From a virus (lineage: Duplodnaviria; Heunggongvirae; Uroviricota; Caudoviricetes): a DNA stretch of 43,530 bases. The stretch is taken from IMG/VR virus record IMGVR_UViG_2734482773_000003, positions 1 through 43,530 of that record. One strand, 5' to 3'. Shown here piece by piece: positions 43,225 through 43,530 of this stretch; position 1 is the first letter of the stretch, and the number at the start of each line of letters is the position of its first letter. A program made the position numbers and the translations under genes. The notes beneath the pieces were generated by a model. It saw only the letters and a program-made list of their open reading frames with translations. It searched no databases and was not told the DNA's origin.

Positions 43225-43530
43225 ATGCAGACAGGGGATAAACGATACAAGCTCGAGCATTTATGTGGGGTTAGCCACTCTTCCTGTCTGGTTGAAACTT
43301 CAGGTGGATACGCGCTTTTTCAGCCTGAACTTGTGCCCACCAACGGAACACGCGTGCTGGTGCATGCGTTCGGACAACTACAGTTCGCGGTCGTTATGGG
43401 CGGTGCGCTCATCACCGAAGACGGTGAAAGCATAGAGGGAGATGCTTTAGATGAAGTCGATGTCATGGGAGTTGTGACCTTTTTTATCAGTGGCGCTGCG
43501 GCGTTCACAGACGACAATCCGGTGATGTGA
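43225..43530 (+). CDS. SOS-regulated small protein of unknown function (101 aa)
   Basis: ORF 43177..43530; ATG 43225 with GAGGA 5 nt upstream, about 22 nt downstream of the LexA box; stop at 43528..43530. Confidence 0.45.
   Translation: MQTGDKRYKLEHLCGVSHSSCLVETSGGYALFQPELVPTNGTRVLVHAFGQLQFAVVMGGALITEDGESIEGDALDEVDVMGVVTFFISGAAAFTDDNPVM

Noticed and set aside
43225-43530. UmuD-like S24 peptidase assignment for the LexA-regulated ORF
   Set aside because: A Cys-Gly dipeptide and vague C-terminal resemblance exist, but the Ser (GDSM-type) and Lys catalytic motifs are absent and the protein is too short; left as unknown.
1-43530. Integrase gene and attL/attR prophage boundaries
   Set aside because: No tyrosine or serine recombinase ORF occurs in the window and direct repeats marking att sites could not be established by eye; the integrase is presumably left of position 1.

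Overview
The window is almost entirely a lambdoid (lambda/P22-type mosaic) prophage of an enterobacterial host, in canonical order; the integrase and attachment sites are not in the window. Left to right: an AlpA-like regulator interrupted by an IS200/IS605-type TnpB insertion; a leftward early operon (TraR-like zinc finger, YqaJ-like exonuclease, RecT, small unknowns); the immunity switch (CI-like S24 repressor divergent from a Cro-like gene, with TTTAGC-N5-GCTAAA operator palindromes on both sides); replication (O-like initiator with iteron origin inside the gene, DnaB-like helicase); a nin-type region (Lar, NinB, NinE, lambda-type Ser/Thr phosphatase, NinG); a putative Q antiterminator; a tRNA-Thr(UGU) bracketed by two intrinsic terminators; a pinholin / SAR-endolysin / Rz / Rz1 lysis cassette; terminase, portal, head and tail genes, tape measure, tail fibre; a convergent acyltransferase-3 gene; and an SOS-box-controlled small gene at the right edge. 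The best candidates for undescribed function are three AT-rich single-gene cassettes inserted into otherwise syntenic modules: a HEPN-motif protein between Rz and the terminase, a membrane-anchored protein inside the head module, and a NYN/PIN-like nuclease-domain protein with its own promoter, structured leader and terminator inside the tail module. All calls rest on reading the translated ORFs and the DNA by eye; no database search was run, and family names are from memory of characteristic motifs.
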